64,000 nucleotides of DNA from a virus, in IMG/VR virus record IMGVR_UViG_3300017971_000207, positions 1-64,000 of that record. The stretch is one strand, 5' to 3'. Below, piece after piece: positions 28,314 to 37,642 of the stretch (position 1 is the first letter of the stretch; each line of letters opens with the position of its first letter). A program made the position numbers and the translations under genes. The notes under the pieces were generated by a model. That model did no database searches. It worked only from the letters and a program-made list of their open reading frames with translations, and was not told where the DNA came from.

Positions 28314-29270
28314 CTAAGCGTTTAGCCCTTCGCGCAGGCGCTGAGCCATCGTCACCGCAAAACGGCCCGCTAGCTCATAATCTTGTAACCCTTCGGCTAT
28401 CGTATCGTGGAACCGCCCCAGGCAGTCAACCCCGGACAGCGTGGTGGTTGCCCTCACGATCGACTCGTGAAGGTTGCAGAGGTCTCCTACAAGGTCCTCG
28501 GTGAAAAGCTTCAAGGTGGACAGCGCAGCACCGCCACCATTAAAACCATCGAACTCTATCACAGTTTGAAGCTCAGCGTTACTAAGCTCAACAAGATCTC
28601 GGAGGGACTCCACCCGGTCACCTAGCGCCCGCAAGCCCCGGCGAACCAGCTCCGCAAAGCGTGGGTGATCCTCTACAGCCACCGGCGCGCGACCGCTGTA
28701 CAGCCTCTCGAACCTCGGCTGCAGCTGTGCCGACTCCAGCTCCCGAACAGCCTCGGCCCCTAGCTCCGCACGAATAGCATCCCGACGCGCCCCCAATAGA
28801 TCACGCCAAGGACTGTCCGACACGATGCTGCTAAGGAGCGCTCTAACCTCCCCCCAATCGTCCTTTTGCTCTCCCTCTCCAACGTACGGGGCCACGTCCG
28901 CGATTATCTCTGCCGCCTCCGCGCGACGCCCGGCCCGCCAAGCCTCCACCGCAGTGCTCACCTGCTCCCGAACGTACTCGCGCACACGATCGCCGCGATA
29001 GATAGGAACCGCCGCGGGAGCAGTACCCGTCAACCTGACAGAGCCCTCACCATCCGGCTCGAAGCTCGCCCGAGCAACCCGACCGTCCTCCGAGAGCACC
29101 AGGACCTCACCAGGAAAGGTGCCCACCACACGAACGCCAACAGGCGATCCGAATATCTTCTCAGACTGCTCTTGAACCATAGCCTCAACCACAGCAACGA
29201 CATGCTCGTAGCTGCCACGGGCAAGCGCTCGAAGAGCTTTGATCGGAATGAAGCAACGTTCTGCCGGCAC
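28314..29270 (-). CDS. Hypothetical head-assembly region protein
   Basis: 318-aa ORF between the portal and protease genes. Confidence 0.6.
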   Translation of the reverse strand: MPAERCFIPIKALRALARGSYEHVVAVVEAMVQEQSEKIFGSPVGVRVVGTFPGEVLVLSEDGRVARASFEPDGEGSVRLTGTAPAAVPIYRGDRVREYVREQVSTAVEAWRAGRRAEAAEIIADVAPYVGEGEQKDDWGEVRALLSSIVSDSPWRDLLGARRDAIRAELGAEAVRELESAQLQPRFERLYSGRAPVAVEDHPRFAELVRRGLRALGDRVESLRDLVELSNAELQTVIEFDGFNGGGAALSTLKLFTEDLVGDLCNLHESIVRATTTLSGVDCLGRFHDTIAEGLQDYELAGRFAVTMAQRLREGLNA

Positions 29271-29284
29271 GATGACTGCCTCCC

Positions 29285-29314
29285 AAACTACCTGTACCTT
29301 ACAATTCCTGTCAA
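29285..29314 (-). promoter_or_regulatory. Sigma70-like promoter
   Basis: TTGACA-18 nt-TAGTTT followed by GGGAGG. Confidence 0.5.
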
Positions 29315-29328
29315 CACTACGGCCACCC

Positions 29329-32300
29329 CTAGCCCTGAGAAGATCTAGTCAGCTCTTGAACGAGCCCTCTTAACTGCTTTAGCGAACGCCGTAGCACCTC
29401 ATCACCCTGAAGCAAACGATCCAGCTTATCTCCTGCCCGACGCTCTGCCGCCCGACCCCCACCCGCCAGAAGCTGCTGCTCCAACGAGGGGGTCCGAGAG
29501 CTGTGCAAACTACGGCCGGCTCGCCGGTGCTTACCGTTACCGTTAGAGGGGGCCTTAAGCGCCGGTTGATCGGCTCCCTCCATAGGAGCTTCCAACGCCG
29601 CCGCAGCGGCATCTGCCTTAGCGGACCACACGGTCTCGTCCCTAACGTCTGACTCGCGCTGCTGGTAGATGAGCTTGATAGCGTCGTCGCTGAGGTCGAA
29701 GACCTCCTTGTAGATCCACTCTAGCGAGACGAACTCCCTCATCCGCGAAGCGAGGTCTGCCTGAGCGTTCCGGACCTCCAGCTGCGCTAGCTCATAGATC
29801 GAGCTAGGCACCGTCATGTGCACCTCGTAGTCGTACGCTTGAGGGTCCATCCCCAGCGCCGCCATGTGCACCCGACAGACCTTCCCGAGCCCATTGCGCA
29901 GCTCGCGCTGGATACGAAGGACCGTCCGAGCAAACCTAACGTCCTCGCTGCTCAGCACCGCTCGGGCCGTGTTATCGTCCTGCTGCAGATACGCTTTCGG
30001 GATCTTGATGGCCGAGAACATCTTCCCCTGGAAGTACTCAATGTCATCCATATGCTGCCACTGAGGGCCCGAGAGAACATCGATCCGGGTCCCCTCCTGC
30101 CCCTGCCGCGTAGGCAAGAAGAAGTCCTCATCCTGGCTCAAAGCGTCAAAGCTGAAGTCCAGCTTGCCCGTGGTCGGATTGACAAAGCGGCGCTTCTTGT
30201 ACTGCTGACGGACCCGGTTCACATAGGCCAGCGCCTCGGCCGGCGGGAGGTTGCCTACGTCGACGTAAAAGGCGAAACGCTCCGGCGCCCGCGTAAGCCG
30301 GTACAGCAACGCCGAATCCTCCAGCAGCATAAGCCGCTTCCATATCCAGCGAGCCGCCTCCAACACAGAATTGTGCACCACCAACCCATCAGCAACGAAG
30401 TTGTGCTCTCTGTCAGCCACCTCGATGTCGTAGACGAGCTCTTCTCCATCGGGCTCGATACTGACCACCTCCTCGGACGCAAAGTCCCCAGCAGCAAGCG
30501 GTGCCTCACGAAAGTAGAGCTGGTAGGACGGCCCCGTGTTTATCTCACGCCCTCCAATAACTGGGCGCTCCTCCCGTTTACGAGATCGAATGTTACCAGA
30601 GGTCCACCCTAGCCCATCTACCAGATTCTTCAGGTCTCTGAGCAACGCCTCATTGCACAGCTCTATGTGAAAGTAGGGTTCCGGTCCTTGATGCGTCTCC
30701 CAGCCATCCGCATCGACGAATCCCCTCACGAACTCCGCGCGCAGCTCCTCCGGTAGCACAAACACCCACGAAGGCACACGCTTGTGGTGAGCCCCTCCAA
30801 CCCAACCGAAGCGCTGAAACACCTCAGCAAGAACGCGGCTGTGAACCGTACAGCTGCCTCCGGACCGAGAGGAACCAAGACCCATCTCGTCGAACATACG
30901 CTCGTAACGCGCATTGATGGCATCGTGCTCGCCAAGAGCAAAGCCGACCTCGTTATCCCTAACCCAGCCATCCCCCAACATGAACCCGAACAGTCGGCAG
31001 AACGAGGCATCTACAAAGTCCGACAGCCTAGGGATCTTGTGAGCACCGTCATAGGACCTAACCGTGTAGGACCCATCAAAAAGAGGGAGACCCAGCGATG
31101 AAAAAAGATCGCGCAACAACGACTTAGGTACAGAGGACCTACCTTCTAACAGATCCTCTAGAGTACCCCTAGACACCCCAACCGACGATGCCTTGGCGCG
31201 CAAACCCTCATCACGAGGTCCGTAGGCAGAACGCCGTACAAATGAACGCAGCGCCGCTGCCCCCCGAGGCGTCAGCGTTACCCGACACGTCTCAGTGTCC
31301 TCACTCAGGAGAATACCCAACGGCTGCGCCCCCGACAGGTAGGGCTGACGCGCTGCGGCAACAAGCCTATCTCCCGGCTTCACCTCGGACACGGGCAACC
31401 AAGCGTTCTGATTACCCTTCCGAGCCCCCTCCACCAACACCGGATGATTCGCAGTCAACCGCAACGACCTGTGCTTCGTCGAGAGACGGTACACCGGCTT
31501 AGACCCATTACACACGTGATCTAGAACCTTAGTAGTCCGCAGCATTCCAGCATGCCGCGAAAACACTCGATCTCCGGGAACGACATCTCGTATCTCGACT
31601 AGACCCCTTGTCGTCCAGACCCTGGATTCCCCTGTTAAACAGCTCCCATACACGCTGCGGCGATGCTTACCACGCAGACGGAAGTGCACCACCTCCCAAT
31701 CCTCTAGAGCAGCTAGCTGCTCATCCTGATTGCCCCCGTCCATCTGATGCTGCTTCGAATACTCCTGCGCAATCAGCGCGGTACGGGTGGCCAAGATCTG
31801 CCGAAAATCCTCGGGTGAGTTGTGAACAACCACCCCATCTGCCACGAAGTTATGAGCATCGTCCTCAACCTCCAGATCAAAAACCTCCTCGTCACCATGG
31901 TAGGACACCTCTAGCACCGTCTCAGCCACCAAAGGCTCCGCGAAGCGCTCGTCGGTAAAGGATACCGTATAGCAAGGCTGCTGCGTCTGAATGACCTTCC
32001 CTTTGACCACCGTGCCCGGCTCGCGCGTGCGTGAGGAGATGTTCCCACAGACGTAGCCCAAACCGTCGATCAAGTTCTTGAGGTCCCGCGCAAGGTCGTA
32101 GTTGGCTATCTCAAAGAAGTGCCGAAGCTTCCGACGGGGTTGCTTGTTGACCCACCCATCCGCGTCCAAGAACCCTCGCAAAAACGCCTCTCGGTGGTCT
32201 TCAGGCAGCGTGTAGACCCACGCGGGTACTCGCTTCTTATCAAACCCATCAATCCACCCTAAAGCCGGCAGCAGGCGCCAGAGCTGGACGGAGCACACAA

Positions 32301-33492
32301 CGGTCTCCTCGCCCACCACCGCACCATCGGACCGAACCTGCTTTACCCTAGGGTCGAGCCCCAAAGCTGCTAGAAGATTGTCGTACAGCTCGTTCTGCTC
32401 CGGGTATTCTCCACGAGCATAGGCCACTCGGCCCTCCGCCTCTGACTTCGACCGCCACCCATCTCCCAGCAGAAACCCTAGTAGACGGCAGAAGCCCGCT
32501 GACGGCCTCTCAGGGAGCTGTAGCTGACGCGGGGTGCCCTGGTCCCCCCAAGGCACCTCAAACGGGCTCTCGGCCCACAGGGACGACCACTCAGGAATCT
32601 CTCCCGCAGGCATCCGCGTACTCACAACAATCTTTGATGTCCGAGAGTAATCAATGTTCCGCTTCTTGCCGCGGTACCTAACAATCCGCAGGTCCTTCAC
32701 CCGAACCCACTCCCGCGACCCGTCGAGCCTCTGGGCCAACACCGGGTGATCTTCCGTCAGAAAGACCTCGCGGTGTCTTGTGCGGACCTTGTAAACCTTC
32801 TTGGTGCCGTTGACGTGAAGCTGTTTGACAGGCAGAAGAGCAGGCTTACCGTCGCTGCACCCCAGCACGGAGCCGCGCTCGAAGGCTTGAATCTCCGTCA
32901 GACCACGGTCGGTCCAAACGCGTGAGCCGTGTGCGAGGCAATACCCAAAACGCCCTTTGAAGTCCTGGATGAACCCGTAAAGCTCCCCACGCGGCCCCTC
33001 AATACGCCGCACAGTCGGAGGAGGTAGGTAGTTAAAACCCACCACGCCGTCAGCCGTCACCAGCAGCTCCTCGAAGTCATTACCGTACTTGATCAGCGTC
33101 CGAGCTATCTCCCATATCTCCTCATCCAAGCGCAGTTGCTTGTTGAGCAGATCGTTGAGCATGTTGGCGATGTTCTGGTTTGACGACGTGACCCACACCG
33201 TACGATTCAGCTGCGTGTCGGGCTGCGTGCTATCATCCGCAAAGACGTCGATGGCCGCCGACAGCTCAGGATAATCATCCATCTCCTCATAGTCGGCATA
33301 GCGAGACAGCAGATCTTGCTCCAGGCGCAGGTAGTCCGCGAGGACCTCGTAGCCATACGCTTGCAGAATGTCATAGCCGCTGCCGGGGTAGCCCGCCGCC
33401 GTGGCACCTTTCGCGAGCTGGACCGCAACCTGCTCCTTGTCCTTGGTCCACGCCTGGCGAATGCGATTGGCTATGTTGCTAAAGAACCCCAC
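29329..33492 (-). CDS. Portal protein (T4 gp20-like) with two inteins; about 589 aa spliced
   Basis: YEEMDDYPELSAAID, LEDSALLYRLTRAPERFAFYVDVGNLP, EDFFLP and DDIEYF motifs. Confidence 0.95.
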   Translation of the reverse strand: MGFFSNIANRIRQAWTKDKEQVAVQLAKGATAAGYPGSGYDILQAYGYEVLADYLRLEQDLLSRYADYEEMDDYPELSAAIDVFADDSTQPDTQLNRTVWVTSSNQNIANMLNDLLNKQLRLDEEIWEIARTLIKYGNDFEELLVTADGVVGFNYLPPPTVRRIEGPRGELYGFIQDFKGRFGYCLAHGSRVWTDRGLTEIQAFERGSVLGCSDGKPALLPVKQLHVNGTKKVYKVRTRHREVFLTEDHPVLAQRLDGSREWVRVKDLRIVRYRGKKRNIDYSRTSKIVVSTRMPAGEIPEWSSLWAESPFEVPWGDQGTPRQLQLPERPSAGFCRLLGFLLGDGWRSKSEAEGRVAYARGEYPEQNELYDNLLAALGLDPRVKQVRSDGAVVGEETVVCSVQLWRLLPALGWIDGFDKKRVPAWVYTLPEDHREAFLRGFLDADGWVNKQPRRKLRHFFEIANYDLARDLKNLIDGLGYVCGNISSRTREPGTVVKGKVIQTQQPCYTVSFTDERFAEPLVAETVLEVSYHGDEEVFDLEVEDDAHNFVADGVVVHNSPEDFRQILATRTALIAQEYSKQHQMDGGNQDEQLAALEDWEVVHFRLRGKHRRSVYGSCLTGESRVWTTRGLVEIRDVVPGDRVFSRHAGMLRTTKVLDHVCNGSKPVYRLSTKHRSLRLTANHPVLVEGARKGNQNAWLPVSEVKPGDRLVAAARQPYLSGAQPLGILLSEDTETCRVTLTPRGAAALRSFVRRSAYGPRDEGLRAKASSVGVSRGTLEDLLEGRSSVPKSLLRDLFSSLGLPLFDGSYTVRSYDGAHKIPRLSDFVDASFCRLFGFMLGDGWVRDNEVGFALGEHDAINARYERMFDEMGLGSSRSGGSCTVHSRVLAEVFQRFGWVGGAHHKRVPSWVFVLPEELRAEFVRGFVDADGWETHQGPEPYFHIELCNEALLRDLKNLVDGLGWTSGNIRSRKREERPVIGGREINTGPSYQLYFREAPLAAGDFASEEVVSIEPDGEELVYDIEVADREHNFVADGLVVHNSVLEAARWIWKRLMLLEDSALLYRLTRAPERFAFYVDVGNLPPAEALAYVNRVRQQYKKRRFVNPTTGKLDFSFDALSQDEDFFLPTRQGQEGTRIDVLSGPQWQHMDDIEYFQGKMFSAIKIPKAYLQQDDNTARAVLSSEDVRFARTVLRIQRELRNGLGKVCRVHMAALGMDPQAYDYEVHMTVPSSIYELAQLEVRNAQADLASRMREFVSLEWIYKEVFDLSDDAIKLIYQQRESDVRDETVWSAKADAAAAALEAPMEGADQPALKAPSNGNGKHRRAGRSLHSSRTPSLEQQLLAGGGRAAERRAGDKLDRLLQGDEVLRRSLKQLRGLVQELTRSSQG
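30370..31641 (-). mobile_element. Portal intein 2 (424 aa, in-frame LAGLIDADG)
   Basis: YGS|CLTGESRV...TANHPV...GFMLGDG...FVRGFVDADG...VVHN|S. Confidence 0.95.
31819..32940 (-). mobile_element. Portal intein 1 (374 aa, in-frame LAGLIDADG)
   Basis: FGY|CLAHGSRV...TEDHPV...GFLLGDG...FLRGFLDADG...VVHN|S. Confidence 0.95.
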
Positions 33493-33501
33493 GGGCTACA
33501 C

Positions 33502-33804
33502 CTACGCTTCTACCGTTCCGCCAAGCTTACCAAAACCAGAGGCTTCGTGTTGGCTTCCTACCCAAGCAGCAGTTTCACCTGGTCCGCACGGACCAAGCCA
33601 GCGCTTCCGCGGCGATAGGCTATCCCCCTCGAACTGAGGGTTCACTTTAACCTGATAGGTGAAAGACTTTGCCGACCTAGCTTGGTTCTCGCTACCAACG
33701 GTCAGACTACCTCTTCCCTCTCTAAAGGTTTTACTCCGCCCAAGATTCAGGGCAGAAACCGTGGAACCTTCACTTCTCAAAGAGTTGCCCACAGAAAACC
33801 ACAC
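33502..33804 (-). CDS. Hypothetical protein
   Basis: 100-aa ORF with SD between TerL and portal; lower GC. Confidence 0.4.
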   Translation of the reverse strand: MWFSVGNSLRSEGSTVSALNLGRSKTFREGRGSLTVGSENQARSAKSFTYQVKVNPQFEGDSLSPRKRWLGPCGPGETAAWVGSQHEASGFGKLGGTVEA

Positions 33805-33872
33805 TCTCCTTAGATCGTCAAGCCTACCTTCTACCCTACGGCAACACCGACCAGATTCCTAGCACGTAACAC

Positions 33873-34196
33873 CTACCCCACCCAGCCATCGCCTATCATC
33901 CGATCGACAACCGCCTGAGCCTTCGGCCCGATAGACAGCTTTAGCACCGCCTGGCGCGCGGCGCGCCAGTGCGCCGCAACGTGCTTGAGCAGCGTGTCAG
34001 GCTCCATAGGCACCGCACGGTGGAGCGTTAGCCGAAAGCCCTTGAAACGGCGGAGCTCGTCATTGGACAACCCCACTAGCTCGTCCGTCTCGTCCACGCC
34101 GTCAACCAACGTAATAAGGCTCTGAAGGTCCGCATGCTCGGGACCCGTCAGCGCCTCCCTCATCTCCGTAATAAGCCTCTGAAGCCTTGTAGACAC
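33873..34196 (-). CDS. Hypothetical protein with head-protein-like leader
   Basis: AGGAGG SD, GTG start, MSTRLQRLITEMREA. Confidence 0.55.
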   Translation of the reverse strand: MSTRLQRLITEMREALTGPEHADLQSLITLVDGVDETDELVGLSNDELRRFKGFRLTLHRAVPMEPDTLLKHVAAHWRAARQAVLKLSIGPKAQAVVDRMIGDGWVG

Positions 34197-34231
34197 CTTA
34201 ACCTCCTGAACGACCGCGTGGTCGCATCCTA

Positions 34232-37200
34232 TCAGAAAACGCCGTCTGAGCCCCAGCCTGAGCCACCACGGCCCCATCCAGGCGAGCCCATACCGCCACC
34301 CAAGATCGGTGGGAGCACGTTCGGCTGCTGCCCGACCGGAAGCTGGGCCGCCGGTGGATAAAAGCGACCACTGTCGACGTGCCGGCCCGATAGACGACGC
34401 GCCGCGGCTGCGTGCTGCTGCTCCTCCATCCAGACGTCGGCCGAGGCCATCGCGCCGCGGAGCACAGGGAGCGGCTGCGTGGCCTGATGCTGCGACAGAG
34501 TGTAGATACAGCCCGCCAGGGCATCGCTCGTATCCTTAGAGCCCTTCTTGGGATGATCGACGCGCTGGCGCTTTGCGTCCAGCTCCAGCTCCCGCAGCTC
34601 TTTGAACACCGTAGGGTAACGATAGATGTTAATCCGATCCTCATAAAAAGCCGTCTTGAGCGCCTCGTACGGGTCCATCTTCGTGTCGACCGAGAGATGC
34701 TCCGCCGCATACCCCTTCTGCTTCAGCTGCTGTAACGCGTCGATCGACTGCCATGTATCCTGAGTAACCAGGGTGATAATGAAACCGTGAGCACTAAGCT
34801 CATAGACGAGGCGCCGCAGGTCGCCGAGCACAATCTCGTCCCCCACTGGAGGGACGATGCGCAGAATAACATCGACAAAGTAGATCGGCTGCCGCTCCTG
34901 GAATACCTCCCCGTCCTCCGCACGGCGCAGTACGTCCTTCCAGCCGCTGATATGAGCCATACAGAAGCCCACCGAATCCTTACGATAGGCAGGGTCGATG
35001 TGGATGTGCCGCGCCGCCTTGGGGTTGACAATCGGCGTCAGGGACTCGTGAGTGTAGCCCGAGAAGTCCCGCATCTGCGTCTTACGTACGAGGTTTTCCC
35101 AGATGAACGTCCCCGGCTTGGAGGGGTCGTATACCTCCACGCTGAAGGGATGCTGCCGCGTGTCGTCAAAGACAAGCTTCTCGCGACGCTGAACAAAGGG
35201 GCTAACTGCAACGGTCGACACCCCCGCGATATCTCTTATGCTGCCTTCAAGGTCACGCTCGAAGTCCGACTTGAAGTCGACGGGGACCGCTACCAACGTG
35301 ACGCCGTCAGGCACCCCGTCCCGCTCCAACCTGCTCTCCTCCCCCTCGTCCAGGATACGCGAGGGTATCTGCTCATTACCGCACAGCACATAGAAGCGCT
35401 CGGGGCTAAAGTGGTCCGCGGGCTTTGAATCCCACAGCGCGTAATCTCGGACCATCACCCGCGGGTCCTCCTTAGCTTCCCGAATGCGCCGCGCCGTGAA
35501 GTCATCCGCGGTCTTCTTTGACGAAACGAGGAAGATCTTCCCGAGCACACGGCCGCCCCGGCCGAAGCGGGATTTCATGCGGCGCTTGAGACCGTTGTAG
35601 ATCATCTCCGCGTGGTCCACAGCCCCCATCCGTGGGTCTATCTTGCGCCCCTTGCTAAGGAAGTTGCTGTTGTGAACGAGCACCCCGTCCCCTATGAAGA
35701 CCTCACATCCTGGGACGCAAATGTCGTAGGTAGGGAGCATTCCCAGCCCTCTCTTGGACACGACGCGGGCCACAGTAAACGCTCGTCCCATACCTCGTAT
35801 ACCCACCCCTGACGAGCGCAATACGCCCGTACCGCTCCCATCTTCGCCTTCTCCTTGGGGTTGGATATGTAGCCTCTGGGCTTCACCTCGACGACCAGCG
35901 TGCGGCCGTCGCTCAGCTCGACCACGTAATCCGGCACAGTGTTGCGTCGCTTGTCCTCCCAAAGGTACGGCACCGACAGCTTCTCGTAACGGTAAGCGGC
36001 TACATCCGAACGCCCCTCCAATATCTCCACCGCTCGAAGCTCCCACAGCGAACGAAAGCCCAGCAAACCCGCCTTCGTCGTCTCGACACGGCCTAGATAC
36101 CTCCAATCTCCCTTCTTCAGGCGCCAGACGCTTGACGCCGATATCTTGGCCCGTGTCTCCTCCGAATGCGTGTAGTCCCGAGTGCGGTTGTATTCGATCA
36201 AACGCCGCTTGAACGCTTCCGTATGCATAGGTTTGCCCCGCCGCGCCTCTGACATTTTGCGTCGCGCCTCCGCCGAGGGGCGCCTCCCAGTCGCAGCCTC
36301 TCGCAACCGCTGCTTGTGCTCCTCTGACAGAGGCTTGCCGTAGTTGGGGTTGTCCTCCCCCACCATTGGCGGCGGTGGTCGCAAGTTGCTGTCTCCAGCG
36401 GCCCAACGCTCCTTCATCGCCCGCGACACTTTGGAACGCGCCTCGTCCGACATCACCTTCCCTCGGTTTCCCTCTCCTATCTTGCGCTTGGTCTCCTCCG
36501 TGTGCTTCCAACCAGTCCTCTTCCTCCGCGCCTCCGCCATCTTGCGCTTTGCTTCCGCCGTATGCTTGCGCCCATGAAACGGGTTCTTTGAGCCCGTCCG
36601 CTGCTTGGCTATCTCCGATAAGCGTCTCTTTTGATCCTCCGAAAGCTTCTGACCTTTCCTCGGCATATGTGACAACCTCCTCACCCGGAAGTATATCACG
36701 CATTAACTTGAAGCCTAGAACCCCGTCACGGCCTAGCACAGCCACCGGATGCCTCCACGACGCGCGCAGACGTTGCCCCCCGTCAAGCTCTACCTCAAAG
36801 CACTCCTGGACCGTCGAACGCTTGATATACGCATCAGCCTCCACTGGGCAGCCCCCCTCTACCGACAGCAACCTAAAGGGCAACCGCAGCGGCCCACAAG
36901 ACTCATAAAGAGCCTCCGCAGTGGCCACCCGACCCCCTGGAAGCGACACCAAGGTATCAGCGCACACGCACTCATCCACTAAGGCCCCGAGGGTGTTCAA
37001 ACCCAATGCGGAGGTGTCCGTGGTGGCCCGAGCTGCCAGCCACACGTTGTTGGGGAACCTGAACTCCTTCCGCGTAGCCTTGTACGGGAAGTGCTCCGCA
37101 AAGTAAGGGCTAGCTTTGAGCTTCGTCGCAATGTTCTCAAAGGCGACCTTCATCGCCAGGCCCTCATTGACGCTCAAGCACACGATCGAGATGTCGGTGT

Positions 37201-37642
37201 CCGGCGCCAGCCCAAGAGAGGCGTGAGGGTCGCGGAGGCAGGATAGCTCGTAGAGCATACGGCAGACTGCTACGGACGCTGAAAAGGTCTTTCCCCCTCC
37301 GATCGCCCCCGTAAAGATGACCTCTTCGTAGTCGCCCCCCTCAAAGAGCTCCTCCATGTCCGAGAGCCATCTGGGATACAGCACGCTGCAGGTGTTGCCG
37401 AGGTAGTAGTCATCCTTGACGAAGGTCGCGATATCCACGGGAGGATGCTTGAACTCGGCCTCGCTCACGATATCGATTAGGGGGCGGTCGCCCTCGCTAC
37501 GCTCCTCCTCGACCTCCGTCAACAGCACCATCAAGGCTGCGCGCTCATCCGGGCTTAGCGCTGCTAGCTCCTGCCGTAGGTCGGCCTCGTCCTCCTCAGC
37601 CGTACGCTTGCTGAAGATCCGACCACCGCGGTTTACGAGCAC
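34232..37642 (-). CDS. terL: Terminase large subunit with one intein; about 702 aa spliced
   Basis: Walker A GAIGGGKT; Walker B LVDE|S; nuclease HIHID...DHPKKGSKDTSDA. Confidence 0.93.
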   Translation of the reverse strand: MLVNRGGRIFSKRTAEEDEADLRQELAALSPDERAALMVLLTEVEEERSEGDRPLIDIVSEAEFKHPPVDIATFVKDDYYLGNTCSVLYPRWLSDMEELFEGGDYEEVIFTGAIGGGKTFSASVAVCRMLYELSCLRDPHASLGLAPDTDISIVCLSVNEGLAMKVAFENIATKLKASPYFAEHFPYKATRKEFRFPNNVWLAARATTDTSALGLNTLGALVDECVCADTLVSLPGGRVATAEALYESCGPLRLPFRLLSVEGGCPVEADAYIKRSTVQECFEVELDGGQRLRASWRHPVAVLGRDGVLGFKLMRDILPGEEVVTYAEERSEAFGGSKETLIGDSQAADGLKEPVSWAQAYGGSKAQDGGGAEEEDWLEAHGGDQAQDRRGKPREGDVGRGAFQSVAGDEGALGRWRQQLATTAANGGGGQPQLRQASVRGAQAAVARGCDWEAPLGGGATQNVRGAAGQTYAYGSVQAAFDRIQPHSGLHAFGGDTGQDIGVKRLAPEEGRLEVSRPCRDDEGGFAGLSFAVGASSGGDIGGAFGCSRLPLREAVGAVPLGGQATQHCAGLRGRAERRPHAGRRGEAQRLHIQPQGEGEDGSGTGVLRSSGVGIRGMGRAFTVARVVSKRGLGMLPTYDICVPGCEVFIGDGVLVHNSNFLSKGRKIDPRMGAVDHAEMIYNGLKRRMKSRFGRGGRVLGKIFLVSSKKTADDFTARRIREAKEDPRVMVRDYALWDSKPADHFSPERFYVLCGNEQIPSRILDEGEESRLERDGVPDGVTLVAVPVDFKSDFERDLEGSIRDIAGVSTVAVSPFVQRREKLVFDDTRQHPFSVEVYDPSKPGTFIWENLVRKTQMRDFSGYTHESLTPIVNPKAARHIHIDPAYRKDSVGFCMAHISGWKDVLRRAEDGEVFQERQPIYFVDVILRIVPPVGDEIVLGDLRRLVYELSAHGFIITLVTQDTWQSIDALQQLKQKGYAAEHLSVDTKMDPYEALKTAFYEDRINIYRYPTVFKELRELELDAKRQRVDHPKKGSKDTSDALAGCIYTLSQHQATQPLPVLRGAMASADVWMEEQQHAAAARRLSGRHVDSGRFYPPAAQLPVGQQPNVLPPILGGGMGSPGWGRGGSGWGSDGVF
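35669..36970 (-). mobile_element. TerL intein (434 aa) without in-frame endonuclease
   Basis: VDE|CVCADTLV...SWRHPV...TYDICVPGCEVFIGDGVLVHN|S; the middle reads as low-information G/A/R text. Confidence 0.92.
35692..36666 (-). CDS. Nested +1-frame endonuclease: NUMOD3 repeats plus TnsA-like PD-(D/E)XK domain
   Basis: GAGGAGG SD 9 nt before the ATG; repeated H(T/S)EETKRKI(S/G) NUMOD3 motifs; FRSLWE...YRYE...PDYVV...VEVKP. Confidence 0.9.
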   Translation of the reverse strand: MPRKGQKLSEDQKRRLSEIAKQRTGSKNPFHGRKHTAEAKRKMAEARRKRTGWKHTEETKRKIGEGNRGKVMSDEARSKVSRAMKERWAAGDSNLRPPPPMVGEDNPNYGKPLSEEHKQRLREAATGRRPSAEARRKMSEARRGKPMHTEAFKRRLIEYNRTRDYTHSEETRAKISASSVWRLKKGDWRYLGRVETTKAGLLGFRSLWELRAVEILEGRSDVAAYRYEKLSVPYLWEDKRRNTVPDYVVELSDGRTLVVEVKPRGYISNPKEKAKMGAVRAYCARQGWVYEVWDERLLWPASCPREGWECSLPTTFASQDVRSS

